A DNA stretch of 63,757 bases, filler included, from an uncultured Candidatus Sumerlaeota bacterium (GTDB lineage Bacteria > CAYMEV01), in assembly GCA_964389675.1 (NCBI GenBank). It is 4 parts of 4 records of this genome, joined end to end, with 100 filler letters (N's around TTAATTAATTAA, not from the genome) between each part and the next. Parts side by side here need not be neighbours in the genome. Positions count along the whole stretch, not along the records: positions 34,421 to 49,897 come from CAYMEV010000037.1; positions 49,998 to 63,757 come from CAYMEV010000038.1; 2 more parts are not named here. The stretch is one strand, 5' to 3'. Shown here piece by piece: positions 39,406-50,269 of this stretch. Below the pieces are notes generated by a model. The model ran no database searches and was not told where the DNA came from. It saw only the letters and a list, made by a program, of their open reading frames with translations. The position numbers and the translations under genes were made by a program. How positions within the stretch are numbered: the first letter of the stretch is position 1; every line of letters starts with the position of its first letter.

Positions 39406-40761
39406 ATGGATAAAATACTGTTTATTGATGATGAAGTCTATAATCTTGATTCAGTAAGGATAGTCCTTAGTGAAGAGGGCTTTGATGTTGATATGGCTGA
39501 CAATTCCGACAAAGGACTGGAATTAATAAAGAAGAATGATTATTCATGTGTTCTTCTGGACCTTAAGATGCCGGGCAAGGATGGTTTCCATACACTTCCT
39601 CTGATCAGGGAGTTGAACCCTGAGCTTCCTGTCATTATTCTCTCAGCATTCGGCCTTGAGAATACAGCAAGGATAGTCCTGGATCTGGGGGCATTTGATT
39701 TTATCAGCAAGCCCCCGGATATTGATGACCTTATCCTGAGGGTCAAGAATGCAGCAGAGCTTTATAAAAGCAGGAAAAAGCTTGAAGAGATGAAGGACAA
39801 TATAATTGACAGCTTTTTTCTGAGATCCAATAATCCTGCAATGCAGCATCTTTACAAACAGGCGCAGAAGGTTGCCCCGATGAATGTCCCTGTCCTGATC
39901 ACAGGGGAAAGCGGGACAGGAAAGGATGTAATGGCAAGATATATACACCATAACAGCGACAGGTATGACAGGCCGTATATAGCAATTAACTGCTCAGCCC
40001 TTCCATTCAACCTTATTGAATCAGAGCTTTTCGGATATGAGAAGGGGGCTTTTACGGGGGCTGACAAGTCTTATAAGGGACTTTTCATGGCCGCCCAGGA
40101 AGGGACCCTATTCCTTGATGAAATAGGGGATATGCCGCTTGAGACACAGGCCAAGCTTCTAAGGGTATTGGAGACAGGAGAGTTCCACCGGATTGGCTCG
40201 TCTGCATCATATAAGACAAATGCAAGGATCATTGCTGCAACCAATAAGAACCTTGCTGAGCGCATAAAGGACAACCTTTTTCGTGAAGATCTGTATTACC
40301 GCCTTAACGTAATTTCTCTTGAGATACCCCCTTTAAGGGAAAGAAAAGAGGATATTGCCTCATTTGCCCAGTTCTTTGTTGATGATTTCTGTCAGAAGAA
40401 CAGCCTTCCCAAAAAGACCTTTTCAAAGGATGCTTTAGCCTATCTTCAGTCTCTGAGGCTGAACGGCAATATCCGCGAGCTTAAGAATCTCTGTATCAAG
40501 CTTGCCATTCTGTCTGAAGGCAATATAATGAACAGGCAGGATTTTGATAAAGCAGACCTGGAGGATAAGACAGACGGATTAATGGGGCTTCTTAATCTTT
40601 CAACCCTTAAGGAATTCAAGGCGGAATCTGAGAAGCTTTTTCTGATACAGAAGCTTAAAGAGAATGATTATAACATCTCCAGGACTGCACAGGAGATCCA
40701 GACTCCAAGGTCGAACCTCTATAAGAAAATAGAATCCTATGGTATCGAGATCAAAAATTAG
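39406..40761 (+). CDS. Sigma54-dependent response regulator (NtrC/NtrX family)
   Basis: Receiver (IDDE, LLDLKMP, KP); GESGTGKD, ESELFG, GAFTGA, FLDEIGD, FREDLYYRL; Fis HTH. Confidence 0.95.
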   Translation: MDKILFIDDEVYNLDSVRIVLSEEGFDVDMADNSDKGLELIKKNDYSCVLLDLKMPGKDGFHTLPLIRELNPELPVIILSAFGLENTARIVLDLGAFDFISKPPDIDDLILRVKNAAELYKSRKKLEEMKDNIIDSFFLRSNNPAMQHLYKQAQKVAPMNVPVLITGESGTGKDVMARYIHHNSDRYDRPYIAINCSALPFNLIESELFGYEKGAFTGADKSYKGLFMAAQEGTLFLDEIGDMPLETQAKLLRVLETGEFHRIGSSASYKTNARIIAATNKNLAERIKDNLFREDLYYRLNVISLEIPPLRERKEDIASFAQFFVDDFCQKNSLPKKTFSKDALAYLQSLRLNGNIRELKNLCIKLAILSEGNIMNRQDFDKADLEDKTDGLMGLLNLSTLKEFKAESEKLFLIQKLKENDYNISRTAQEIQTPRSNLYKKIESYGIEIKN

Positions 40762-42028
40762 TATCTTTTTCGATATATGCACTCTGGGATGCAAGCTTAA
40801 CCAGGCGGAGCAAACCCTTATTATAAAGAACCTTACAGACGCAGGATATATATATAAGCCATCCTGCCCTAACCCTGATTTTTTTATATTAAACAGCTGT
40901 ACAGTGACAAACAGGGCCAGGTATAAATCCTTAAGCACACTGAGGAAAATAAGGTCCAAAAGCCCCTCCACAAAACTGGTCCTTGCCGGATGCATACCTC
41001 AGACAGAGCCGGATATAGGGGAAATTGAATATATTGACCTTACAATTGATAATGAAGAGAAAAGAAATATTGCAGAGCATATTAATAAATTTATGCTCAA
41101 GCCTGAAAAGCCATTAAAAGAGGAAAGCAATTATAATGAAAGAAGCCGTGCAAACCTTATCATACAGACAGGGTGTGATTCAGAATGCTCATACTGCATA
41201 ATACCCAGAGCACGTGGAACATCAGTATCCTTCCCCCGAAAGGAAATACTGAGCTCTCTTGAGATGCTTCTTAATGAAGGGTACAGGGAAATAGTACTTA
41301 CCGGCATACATATCTCGCATTTCCGCAGTGATAAAAAATATGAAAGAAGGATAGCACCGCTGGAGGAGCTACTAAAGAATATGCTGAAATCCTCAGATGG
41401 TTTCAGGATACGTTTAAGCTCAATAGAACCAGGTGATATTGATGATGAATTCATTAATTATATCCTTTCAGAAGACAGGATCTGCAATTTCCTTCATATC
41501 CCTCTTCAGCATACATCTGACAGGATACTGAAACTCATGAAAAGGGATTATACAAATGAATATATATACAGGCTTATTGAATCCATAAGGTCAAGATCAG
41601 GTGATATTCAGATCGGCTCAGATTTTATAGTGGGATTTCCTTCAGAGAGTGAAGAGGATTTTGCAAACATCCTTGAGACTGTTAGAAACCTTCCGATAAG
41701 CCACCTCCATATTTTTCCCTTCTCAAAAAGAAAAGGGACCCCGGCATACACCATGCCCGGCCAGATACCCAAAGATGAGAAAAAGCAGAGGTCATCACTG
41801 TTGAGAAAGCTTGGAGAGTTGAAAAAAGAAGCATTTCTGCAGACACAGCTCAATAAATCGCAAAATCTTGCTGTCCTTGGCAAAAATCCCGATGGTTATG
41901 ATGTATTAAGCGGAAACTATATACCTGGTATCCTAATAACTGATAAAAAGCTTAAGCCCTGCAGCCTTACAGATGGTGTAATGGCAAGCTTTCAGCAGGG
42001 CAGGGCAGTATTTTATAAAACCAGATAA
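40739..42028 (+). CDS. mtaB: tRNA t6A37 methylthiotransferase MtaB
   Basis: TLGCKLNQAE, NSCTVT, GC; radical SAM GCDSECSYCIIP.ARG; EIVLTGIH; RIRLSSIEP; HIFPFS.R.GTPA. Confidence 0.88.
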   Translation: MVSRSKISIFFDICTLGCKLNQAEQTLIIKNLTDAGYIYKPSCPNPDFFILNSCTVTNRARYKSLSTLRKIRSKSPSTKLVLAGCIPQTEPDIGEIEYIDLTIDNEEKRNIAEHINKFMLKPEKPLKEESNYNERSRANLIIQTGCDSECSYCIIPRARGTSVSFPRKEILSSLEMLLNEGYREIVLTGIHISHFRSDKKYERRIAPLEELLKNMLKSSDGFRIRLSSIEPGDIDDEFINYILSEDRICNFLHIPLQHTSDRILKLMKRDYTNEYIYRLIESIRSRSGDIQIGSDFIVGFPSESEEDFANILETVRNLPISHLHIFPFSKRKGTPAYTMPGQIPKDEKKQRSSLLRKLGELKKEAFLQTQLNKSQNLAVLGKNPDGYDVLSGNYIPGILITDKKLKPCSLTDGVMASFQQGRAVFYKTR

Positions 42029-42058
42029 TAAACTGCATAACTGAAAATTAATTATATA

Positions 42059-42086
42059 TATACTGCCACCAATTATCTTGGACACA
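42059..42086. mobile_element. IS3-like terminal inverted repeat (isolated)
   Basis: TATACTGCCACCAATTATCTTGGACACA, similar to the reverse complement of 50026-50051. Confidence 0.5.
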
Positions 42087-42119
42087 AAATTAGCTTAAAT
42101 TTGAATAAAGAACGAGGCT

Positions 42120-42386
42120 ATGGATGAATTGGGAATGGACTCATTAACAGAATCTGATAAAGGTATAGCAGAAAAAACAGATCTAAAACTGCAGGCTATT
42201 AACAACAAGAAGAATATTAAGATGGCTGATATGAATGAGCGATGTATCGAACTTTAAGAGTATAAGACAATATTTGCTATGGCTGGTGCATACCACTTTA
42301 TCAGTGAGAACAGCATTATAGATATCTTGAGCGAGAGGGGCTATAAGATTAAGAGAATTAAGAGATCAGTAGACCTGCCCTTTTAA
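42120..42386 (+). pseudogene. TraB/GumN-family C-terminal fragment with an internal stop
   Basis: Manual translation ..NNKKNIKMADM..CIEL*EYKTIFAMAGAYHFISENSIIDILSERGYKIKR matches the RN..MA..F.AVGA.H..LL..GY.V pattern. Confidence 0.55.
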
Positions 42387-42396
42387 GGGGATTTGG

Positions 42397-43044
42397 TTAA
42401 GGTTTTTCAGCGTTTTCAATCAGCCAGGCCAGCTCTTTGTTAATATCCTGGCCAGGCCTGGTAAATCTTTCTTTAAGAATGCGGTAGCTTTCAAAAAGAT
42501 CATCTTCGGTTTTAATCTCTATTTTAGTTAGTGCAGAGATTTCCTGCAGGAATTCTTTGCTTTCCCGGATTTTTCCATTCAGGCCCTTCAAAAGCCCCTT
42601 GTGTATCAGTTTCAGGACCCTGGAGTATTCATCATTGCTCGCTGTTTTGTTGATATACTTATGCAATGAAATCCTGTCTGGAGGGCTGGATATTCCTTCA
42701 GGCTTAACGAGGATTACTGACCTGTCTTCTGCAGGCAGGCCTGCATCAGGCTTTATCCCGAGATCAATGGCAAGTCCCCTGCTATATGCTACAATGAGAA
42801 GGCCCGGGGGATTCTCAGATGCATTTATCATTAAAGGTCTCTCAAAACCATACAGAATGCTATCAATCATTGCTTCTGAAAACCTGCCATATACAGTCAG
42901 GTCAATATCCGAATATTTCCCTGCTGTATTACCCGATATTGAGCCCTTGAGCAGAAGGCCTGCCTTATTTTCAATACATATATTTATTACATGTTCTCCA
43001 AATGCCCTGTGCCTTGCTGTCGGCCACTTAACATATATGCTCAT
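42397..43044 (-). CDS. Nucleotidyltransferase domain protein
   Basis: LLKGSIS..YSDIDL (GS..DxD). Confidence 0.75.
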   Translation of the reverse strand: MSIYVKWPTARHRAFGEHVINICIENKAGLLLKGSISGNTAGKYSDIDLTVYGRFSEAMIDSILYGFERPLMINASENPPGLLIVAYSRGLAIDLGIKPDAGLPAEDRSVILVKPEGISSPPDRISLHKYINKTASNDEYSRVLKLIHKGLLKGLNGKIRESKEFLQEISALTKIEIKTEDDLFESYRILKERFTRPGQDINKELAWLIENAEKP

Positions 43045-43341
43045 AACCTAAATCCTTCATATCAGGTTTCAGCTTAAAAATTCAATTCTGAATCAGGAAT
43101 TCAAAAAGTTCAAGATTATTAAGATTTTGGCTTAAGCTAATGTGGAGGCAGAGCTTCTTCAGGTATTTCTGCTTATATAAAAGGCTGACTGGCAGAATGC
43201 GGCGATTGTAATGGATAAATACAGCTTGCTGGATTGGAAACATACTGCAGTATAAAAACGTAAATTTCTATAACTGATATATTTTTTTAGTCTTTATTGT
43301 GAGATGGAAACATTTTTCATAATAATTAAGGAGAAACATAT

Positions 43342-43836
43342 ATGAATGCTGAAAACCATGAAAAGGTAGAGTTCAGGGAAATTACCAAAGATACTCTCTT
43401 TGAAATAATCAGGCTAAGCAATACATTATCTGAACAGCATAGCAGGATGGTTGCACCTAATTCAGTATCGATTGCAGAGGCGCATTTTAGTGAAAATGCA
43501 TGGTTTCGTGGGATCTATGCCGGGGATCGTGCTGTAGGTTTTATAATGGTGGATACAAGTGAGGTGATCGAGGATGAGAGCGATCCAGAGAAGGATCGTC
43601 CAATGAATGGCTGGTTCTTGTGGCGTTTTATGATGGCGGCTTCAGAACAGGGGAGGGGGTATGGCAGGCAGGCACTGGATATTCTTGTAGATATGATGCG
43701 TGAAAAGGGGTATACTGAGTTGCGTACCAGCTGTGGGAAAGGCCCGGGAAGCCCTCTGGGCTTTTATGAAAAATACGGTTTTAAGAAGACGGGGAGGGAG
43801 TTATCAGGCGAGATAGAATTGATTCTTAAAATTTGA
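43342..43836 (+). CDS. GNAT N-acetyltransferase (diamine/spermidine acetyltransferase-like)
   Basis: VAPNSVSIAEA, WFRGIY, LWRFMM..QGRGYG, FYEKYGF. Confidence 0.9.
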   Translation: MNAENHEKVEFREITKDTLFEIIRLSNTLSEQHSRMVAPNSVSIAEAHFSENAWFRGIYAGDRAVGFIMVDTSEVIEDESDPEKDRPMNGWFLWRFMMAASEQGRGYGRQALDILVDMMREKGYTELRTSCGKGPGSPLGFYEKYGFKKTGRELSGEIELILKI

Positions 43837-43882
43837 GTGCAGGGCTATTTATGAATCTTTCCAGTTTTAACAGGAGAACTAT

Positions 43883-44749
43883 TTGAGAACAGAAAAGCAG
43901 ATACTTGACTTAATTATCAATTTCGCACATAGATATGAGCAGATAAGGGGACTGGTATTAAATGGTTCAAGGGTTAATCCAAATGTAAAAAAGGATAAAT
44001 GGCAGGATTACGACCTTATTTATTTTTGCCGTAACCTTGATTATTTCTCTGTTAATGAGGTAATTTTTAAGCATTTTGGCAGGCCTCTTTTCATGCAGAA
44101 ATTTATAAAAAGGGCAAGGAAAGACGGCAAAATAACCTATCTTATGCAATTTGGTGATTATATTCGTCTCGATATAAATTTTGAAGATGTAGCAATGGCG
44201 GATACAATATTACAGGATAGCCTGACAGAAATCCTCCTGGATAAAGACGGGATATTTCCCCATATCCCTCCTCCCGGTGAAGAAAGCTATTTTATAAAAA
44301 GACCGGACAATTTACTGTATCAGGCAGCCTGTAATGAATTCATCTTCGGCATAGCATCCCATTTGCCAAAAGCCCTGATAAGAGGGGAACTGCCTTTAGT
44401 AAAGAATCTGATAGAAATTGTGCTGAGAAAACCATTAGAAGATATGCTTGCGTGGCAAATAGGGTATCAAAATGATTATAAATGCAGTTTAGGAAAGGGT
44501 AACAGGTTTTTATCCAGATATTTATCAGATTCTGTTTACCGGTTATATAAAGGAACCTATTCCGATTATCGATACAATAATATCTGCTTTTCAATAAACA
44601 TCTTTTATCAATTATTTAAAACAACAGCCAGAGAAGTGGCAAAGCAGAATGATTTTATTTTTCCTGAAAAGCAGTATGAAGAGGCTTTGCAGTTTTTTAG
44701 GGATTCAATAAGCAAATTTAACAATAATGATAAGCTAATTGAGCTATAG
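43883..44749 (+). CDS. Aminoglycoside 6-adenylyltransferase (AadK/ANT(6)) family protein
   Basis: MRTEKQILDLI, NGSRVNPN..D.WQDYD, YLMQF.D..RLD, LLDKDG, CNEF, SLGK. Confidence 0.85.
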   Translation: MRTEKQILDLIINFAHRYEQIRGLVLNGSRVNPNVKKDKWQDYDLIYFCRNLDYFSVNEVIFKHFGRPLFMQKFIKRARKDGKITYLMQFGDYIRLDINFEDVAMADTILQDSLTEILLDKDGIFPHIPPPGEESYFIKRPDNLLYQAACNEFIFGIASHLPKALIRGELPLVKNLIEIVLRKPLEDMLAWQIGYQNDYKCSLGKGNRFLSRYLSDSVYRLYKGTYSDYRYNNICFSINIFYQLFKTTAREVAKQNDFIFPEKQYEEALQFFRDSISKFNNNDKLIEL

Positions 44750-44915
44750 GGTTAAGATCTTTTTTGTAATATTTTCTTGATTAATTATGTTCTGAATACT
44801 CATATATGATGCTTTTTTCTTTTCATAAACTGAATTTTCATGGTAACAGAATAAGAGTATAAATAGTTTGAAGATAAAGATTTATGAAAAAAAATTTACA
44901 GGGAGATTGACAGGG

Positions 44916-46187
44916 ATGAGAAATTATATACTGATCTTGTTTACGGGGTTTTTAGCTATTGGATTAAGCATGCAATCAGAGGCTTCTGATAATCCCTTTT
45001 TTAATGACCACCAGTATTCATATCAGACATTGAGGACTATGGGATACTCAGTCAGCGGTGCAGCAGACATTAATGAGGTCCTGCTCACCATAAGAAATAT
45101 CAGGGAAGGTGATGATGAGAGCTGGTATAATGAATGGTATAAGACAGCAGAGAGGCTGGAAAGATCTGGAGACAGCCTGCTGTCGGCAGGTAAAAAAACC
45201 AGCGCCGGGCAGGCCTATCTTAAGGCATCAAATTACTACAGGACTGCAGAATTCTTCCTGCATTCCAACCCTGGTGACGAGAGGATAAATTCAACCTGGC
45301 AGAAGCAGAAGGACTGCTTTTTAAGATTTGCAGAGTTATCCGAAAGAAAAATAAAGCCCGTTGAGATACCATATGAAAGTACAACTATACCTGGATACCT
45401 GTGCTTATCTGATGACAAAGGGGGAAAAAAGCCCCTGCTTATTATACAGACGGGTTTTGACGGTACAGCTGAAGAGCTTTATTATGAAACAGGGATTTTT
45501 GCACTGGACAGGGGCTATGATCTTCTGCTGTTCGAAGGGCCCGGCCAGGGAGAAGTCATAAGGAAACAGGGACTGCCTTTCCGCCATGACTGGGAAGCTG
45601 TTATAAAGCCGGTTGTTGATTTTGCCATTAGCCTGGATAATGTTGATAAGAACAGGATCGCCCTCATGGGGATCAGCTTCGGAGGTTACCTTGCTCCAAG
45701 GGCTGTTGCCTTTGAAAAGAGGATAAAGGTATGTATTGCTAATGGGGGAATATTTGATTTTTCAATGACCACAGGCATGTCTGATGAGATGTTTAAAGCC
45801 CTTAAAACCCCTGAGGGCATGGCGGAGATAAACAGCTATGTATATCAAAAGATGAAGGAAGATGCATCTTTAAGATGGTCCATGTCAAATGGCATGTTTA
45901 CTTTCAAGGCAGATTCACCTGCTGAATGGATAAAAATGCTTGAGGATTATACAATGAAGGAAGTAGCTGACAGGATATCATGTATTATGGTAATTGTTGA
46001 TTCGGAAGGTGATAAGGACCTGCCGGGCCAGTCAAAGATTCTGTACGACTCGCTAAGGTCAGAGAAACACCTGATTCATTTCAGTATTGAGGAAGGTGCC
46101 GGGGAGCACTGCCAGATGGGTGCCATCCTCATATCCAACAGCAGGGTCCTGGATAAGCTTGATGAAATAATGTCCGGACTAAAGTAA
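44916..46187 (+). CDS. Secreted alpha/beta hydrolase (FrsA/DHPON-hydrolase-like esterase)
   Basis: Signal peptide; ASNYYRTAEF, GFDGTAEE, EGPGQG, GISFGG nucleophile elbow, EHCQ. Confidence 0.88.
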   Translation: MRNYILILFTGFLAIGLSMQSEASDNPFFNDHQYSYQTLRTMGYSVSGAADINEVLLTIRNIREGDDESWYNEWYKTAERLERSGDSLLSAGKKTSAGQAYLKASNYYRTAEFFLHSNPGDERINSTWQKQKDCFLRFAELSERKIKPVEIPYESTTIPGYLCLSDDKGGKKPLLIIQTGFDGTAEELYYETGIFALDRGYDLLLFEGPGQGEVIRKQGLPFRHDWEAVIKPVVDFAISLDNVDKNRIALMGISFGGYLAPRAVAFEKRIKVCIANGGIFDFSMTTGMSDEMFKALKTPEGMAEINSYVYQKMKEDASLRWSMSNGMFTFKADSPAEWIKMLEDYTMKEVADRISCIMVIVDSEGDKDLPGQSKILYDSLRSEKHLIHFSIEEGAGEHCQMGAILISNSRVLDKLDEIMSGLK

Positions 46188-46233
46188 AAAGACAATTTAA
46201 GGTTAAAAAAATAATACTATGGTTATGGTAATC

Positions 46234-46485
46234 CTATTTTTTACCCTTAAAAAGCGATATTACGAACAGAAGGACCAGAGCGCCTAAAACAGCTGTTACC
46301 AGTGAGCCTAAAAGAGTATTTTCCATTACTGACGAGAATAAACCAAATAACCATCCTCCAATTAAAGCTCCGAGTATGCCTACAACTATATTGCATATTA
46401 TTCCGAAGCCTTTTCCCTTGGTTAACTGCCCGGCTATCCATCCGGCGATTGCACCTATAATGATAAACCAGATAAAATTCATCAT
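46234..46485 (-). CDS. GlsB/YeaQ/YmgE family membrane protein
   Basis: IIIGAIAGWIAG..G.G...NIVVGILGALIGG..AVLGALVLL. Confidence 0.92.
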   Translation of the reverse strand: MMNFIWFIIIGAIAGWIAGQLTKGKGFGIICNIVVGILGALIGGWLFGLFSSVMENTLLGSLVTAVLGALVLLFVISLFKGKK

Positions 46486-46656
46486 GATTTATATCTCCTT
46501 TTTATATTTAGTGTATAGAATATACTATAAAATAATAAAACTCAATAGTTTGTGGAATTTTATAATCTTATTTTCCTATAAAAAGATCTATGGTGATTTT
46601 TTTTATAATTGGATATAAACAACAATTTAGTGCTCAATAAATAAATATTGATATTA

Positions 46657-48587
46657 TTATTCAATACAGCAATGCCAGCATGCAATAAAATAAGATGGTA
46701 TTTCCCCTGCTTTTGTAAATCTGCCTCCCAAATAAAGCATATCATTAAGAATTCTTAGAGAATAAATTGTGCTGTTGGTTCCACCTCCCAGAGGATTCCA
46801 TGCATTGCCGTCCCATCGGGCTACATTGTTGGCAGATACCTGGCCTGCAATTGTGAAAGCACCCCCAGCATAAAGCATATTGCCTATGGAAGATAGAGAA
46901 CGTATTATACCATTACTTCCGGACCCCAAAGGAGCCCATTCATTACCGTCCCAACTTGCAATATTATTTGCAGATANNNNNNNNNNNNNNNNNNNNNNNN
47001 NNNNNNNNNNNNNNNNNNNNNNNNNNNNNNNNNNNNNNNNNNNNNNNNNNNNNNNNNNNNNNNNNNNNNNNNNNNNAGGATATTATCCATAACAGCAAGG
47101 GCATAAATACGCCCGTTAGTTCCAGACCCCAAAGGAGCCCATTCATTACCGTCCCAACTTGCAATATTATTTGCAGATATACCGCCTGCATCAGAAAATA
47201 TGCCTCCAGCATAGAGGATATTATCCATAACAGCAAGGGCATAAATACGCCCGTTAGTTCCAGACCCCAGAGGATTCCATTCATTGTCGTCCCAACGGGC
47301 AATATTGTTTGCAGATATACCCCCTGCATCAGAAAAGATACCCCCGGCATAAACTGTATTATCTATAACAGCAAAAGCATAGACATCGCTATTCAAACCT
47401 GAAGGACTTTTCTGTGGATTTAGAGGGGACCATGATATGCCATTCCATTTAGCTATCCGGTATGCATATTTTCCATCTGCCATAGTGAAGGAACCTCCGG
47501 CATACAGCTCACCATCCAGGACAGCAATGGCAAAGACATCATTGTTCATTCCCGATGCATTAACTCCAGACATGATAGGAGTCCATGAGTCGCCATCCCA
47601 TCCAGCAATATCATTGGAAGGTAGAGCACATGATTCATGAAACTTGCCCCCAGCATAGATATTGTTCTCCATTACCGCAAGTGAATATATATGATTTGGC
47701 ATTCCTGATTTAAGTGGAGACCATGAATTACCATCCCATTTTGTTATGTTTTTTCCAGGAAGATGGAAATTCCCTCCTGCGTACAATTCACCATTGAGAA
47801 TAGCAAAGGTATAGACAGGACCGTCGATTCTTATAATTCTTCCCTGATATTTTGAGTTTAAGGGAGTCCATGAGTCACCATCCCAGCTGGCTGTATAATT
47901 TACAGGGACTCCATCAGCTTTAGTAAATTTTCCTCCTGCATAGAGGATATTATCCATAACAGCAAGGGCATAGACATAGTTGTTCATTCCTGAACCCAGG
48001 GGGTTCCATGAACTACCATCCCATTTGGCAATTCTGTTTGCTGACCTTCCACCGGCTGTATTGAAATTTCCTGCAGCATACAGGTCACCATTCAAGACAG
48101 CAAGGGCATGAACATTATTGTTCATGCCTGAGCCCAGGGGAGTCCATGAGCAGCCATCCCATTTGGCGATCCTGTGTGCCGGTATACCACCAGCCCGGGT
48201 GAATGCTCCACCAGCATAGAGCATCCCATCCATTACAGCAAGAGCATATACACTATCATTCATTCCTGATCCCAGAGGCAACCATGAACTACCGTCCCAT
48301 CTGGCTATATAATCTGCTGTTATTTGCCCTGCTATTGTAAACTTGCCTCCCGCATAGATCTCACCGCCAAGAGTAGCGAGGGCATAAACATCATCATTCA
48401 TTCCGGCTATGTAAAATTGTTTTTCCCAGGCACCTGAAAAATTATTATCATCTCGAAGAATATCTGATGAAATGATACTTAATCCTTTATCATATCCTGC
48501 TGGATCATTGCTGTCAGTTTCAGCTGAAAAACCTTTACAAACTGCAAATATAACTATTATAATTAGTAAGAGGGTGTTCTTTTTCAT
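46657..48587 (-). CDS. Secreted beta-propeller protein built of ~46-aa WDG repeats; spans the N gap
   Basis: Signal peptide; more than 10 repeats W.PLGSGMN..VYALAV....YAGG.FT.AG....IA.WDG; the 46657-46929 ORF continues the same repeat after the gap. Confidence 0.85.
46977..47076. other. Assembly gap inside a 138-bp tandem repeat
   Basis: 100 N without linker; flanks are identical to the neighbouring repeat unit. Confidence 0.9.
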
Positions 48588-48677
48588 AGTAATTTCCTCT
48601 TTTGGTTTTTTATACGACCTTAAAAATATAATGCTTTTTCATCTTCCATTTATACTTGATATTCTTTTTGAGCCATA

Positions 48678-49897
48678 TTATTTTATATCTGAGATACTTG
48701 GGGAAATATCTTTGCCTATTGTCGATTCTTCCAATGCATAGATATAACAATTACCCGAATCTGATGATGAAATATAGATCATATCATTAGCAAAAATAAT
48801 ATCATTGGCTTGCTCATGAAAAGAAGATCCAGCTTTTATTATCCCCTCAACTTTACATGAGGGTATATCAATAATATAGATATATGGTGTACCAGAATTT
48901 AACTTATAGCTGTCTCTTAGATATAGATAAAGCATATTTTCATGCTTTATAAGAAAATATATAAAGTAGTCCTTGTGTACAGTGTTTAGCTCTATCCTTC
49001 TGATTGCTTCGCCTGTTTTGCTATTGGTAATTATAAGATCGATATTGTGCAGGAGGTCAGATGATGGCTGCTTCTGGCGCTGTGTGAAATAAATATTATC
49101 ATCAATAAAATTATTTATAGCCGTTGAATTTTCAAAAAATTTATCCCAGACTATCTCACCAGTTAGAGCATTAATTGCTATTATATAATTAGCTGAGAAT
49201 GGTGGTATAGGAGGATACATTGATTCTATATAGCAATAAAGGTATAACAAGTCATTATTGTTGCTGGCGAAAAATATGTCAAATCTTCCTATATATCTGT
49301 TATAATAAAAAGTGCCGACATACCCGGTCTGGCGTTCATAATAGTCAGTAAGCTCTTCTATAAGTTCTTCTATATTCTTAATTCTATATTCCCATAATAT
49401 TTGTCCAGTTCTGGCATCAAGCCCAGAGAGATAAACTGGTTCTATTTTGCAAAGGTCTATCACTTCTAAACAATACAAAATGCCATTATTGACGTGAGGA
49501 TTGAACTCAAAAATTATCTCACCTGTTTTTTCCCATACTAACCTACCTGTCTTTTTGTCAAGTGCAAAGAGCTTTCGTAGGCTTCCGGTAAAATAGCGCC
49601 TGCCCATATAATAATGGCACTTCTCCACCTCCATGTCTGTAGGTATATTGAAAAATACAAGATTATCATAGCATGCAGATAATCTCCTTCCATATTGACG
49701 AAAATAAGCTTTGGGAGAAGGGTCTGCACGTGGGCCAAATGGATCGTCATAGAATAATTGACTTGATTTTACAATACGATTTCTATAAGCTTGTACTGGA
49801 AGGATAAATTCCCATAAAATATCTCCATTCCCTGGATTAATCGCTGTAATATAGTCTTTGATTTTGAAGTTTGGTTCGCCTGAAGAATCAATCTCAA
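48678..49897 (-). CDS. PQQ/BamB-like beta-propeller protein, 5'-partial
   Basis: ALDKKTGRLVW, LDARTGQILW, INALTGEIVW; frame open to the contig edge (AINPGNGDILW). Confidence 0.8.
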
Positions 49898-49997
49898 NNN
49901 NNNNNNNNNNNNNNNNNNNNNNNNNNNNNNNNNNNNNNNNNTTAATTAATTAANNNNNNNNNNNNNNNNNNNNNNNNNNNNNNNNNNNNNNNNNNNN
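49898..49997. other. Artificial contig linker
   Basis: N44-TTAATTAATTAA-N44. Confidence 0.97.
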
Positions 49998-50051
49998 AAG
50001 CTGCTTAGGTGTATATGCTTAATTAGTGTCCAATTAATTGGGGCCGGTACA
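49998..50051 (+). mobile_element. Right end of an IS3-family element at the contig start
   Basis: ..GCTGCTTAG (AA*) then GTGTCCAATTAATTGGGGCCGGTACA ending in CA; repeat-induced contig break is plausible. Confidence 0.55.
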
Positions 50052-50269
50052 AAATTGCCTATTTTAGTGCAGTCCATGATTCATATATTTTTGATCATTT
50101 TCATAATGATAATCTCATGAATGATAATATAATGATAAATGCTATTAGAAAAATGCTTGAGGAAAATGATATAGAATATACTAAAATATACTGCGAGATT
50201 TATAAATGGGCTACTTTATCTTCTAAGGTTTCTGATAATATATTACATATTACACGAGAATAATGTACC

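Noticed and set aside
42397..46187. Integron cassette array
   Set aside because: No integrase, no recognisable attC-like palindromes between the genes, and mixed orientation.
46657..46929. Separate 90-aa gene or programmed frameshift
   Set aside because: It continues the upstream repeat protein; the frame shift comes from the arbitrary 100-N gap length.
46657..48400. CRISPR array or non-coding tandem repeat
   Set aside because: The repeats are in-frame ~138-bp coding units with no unique spacers.
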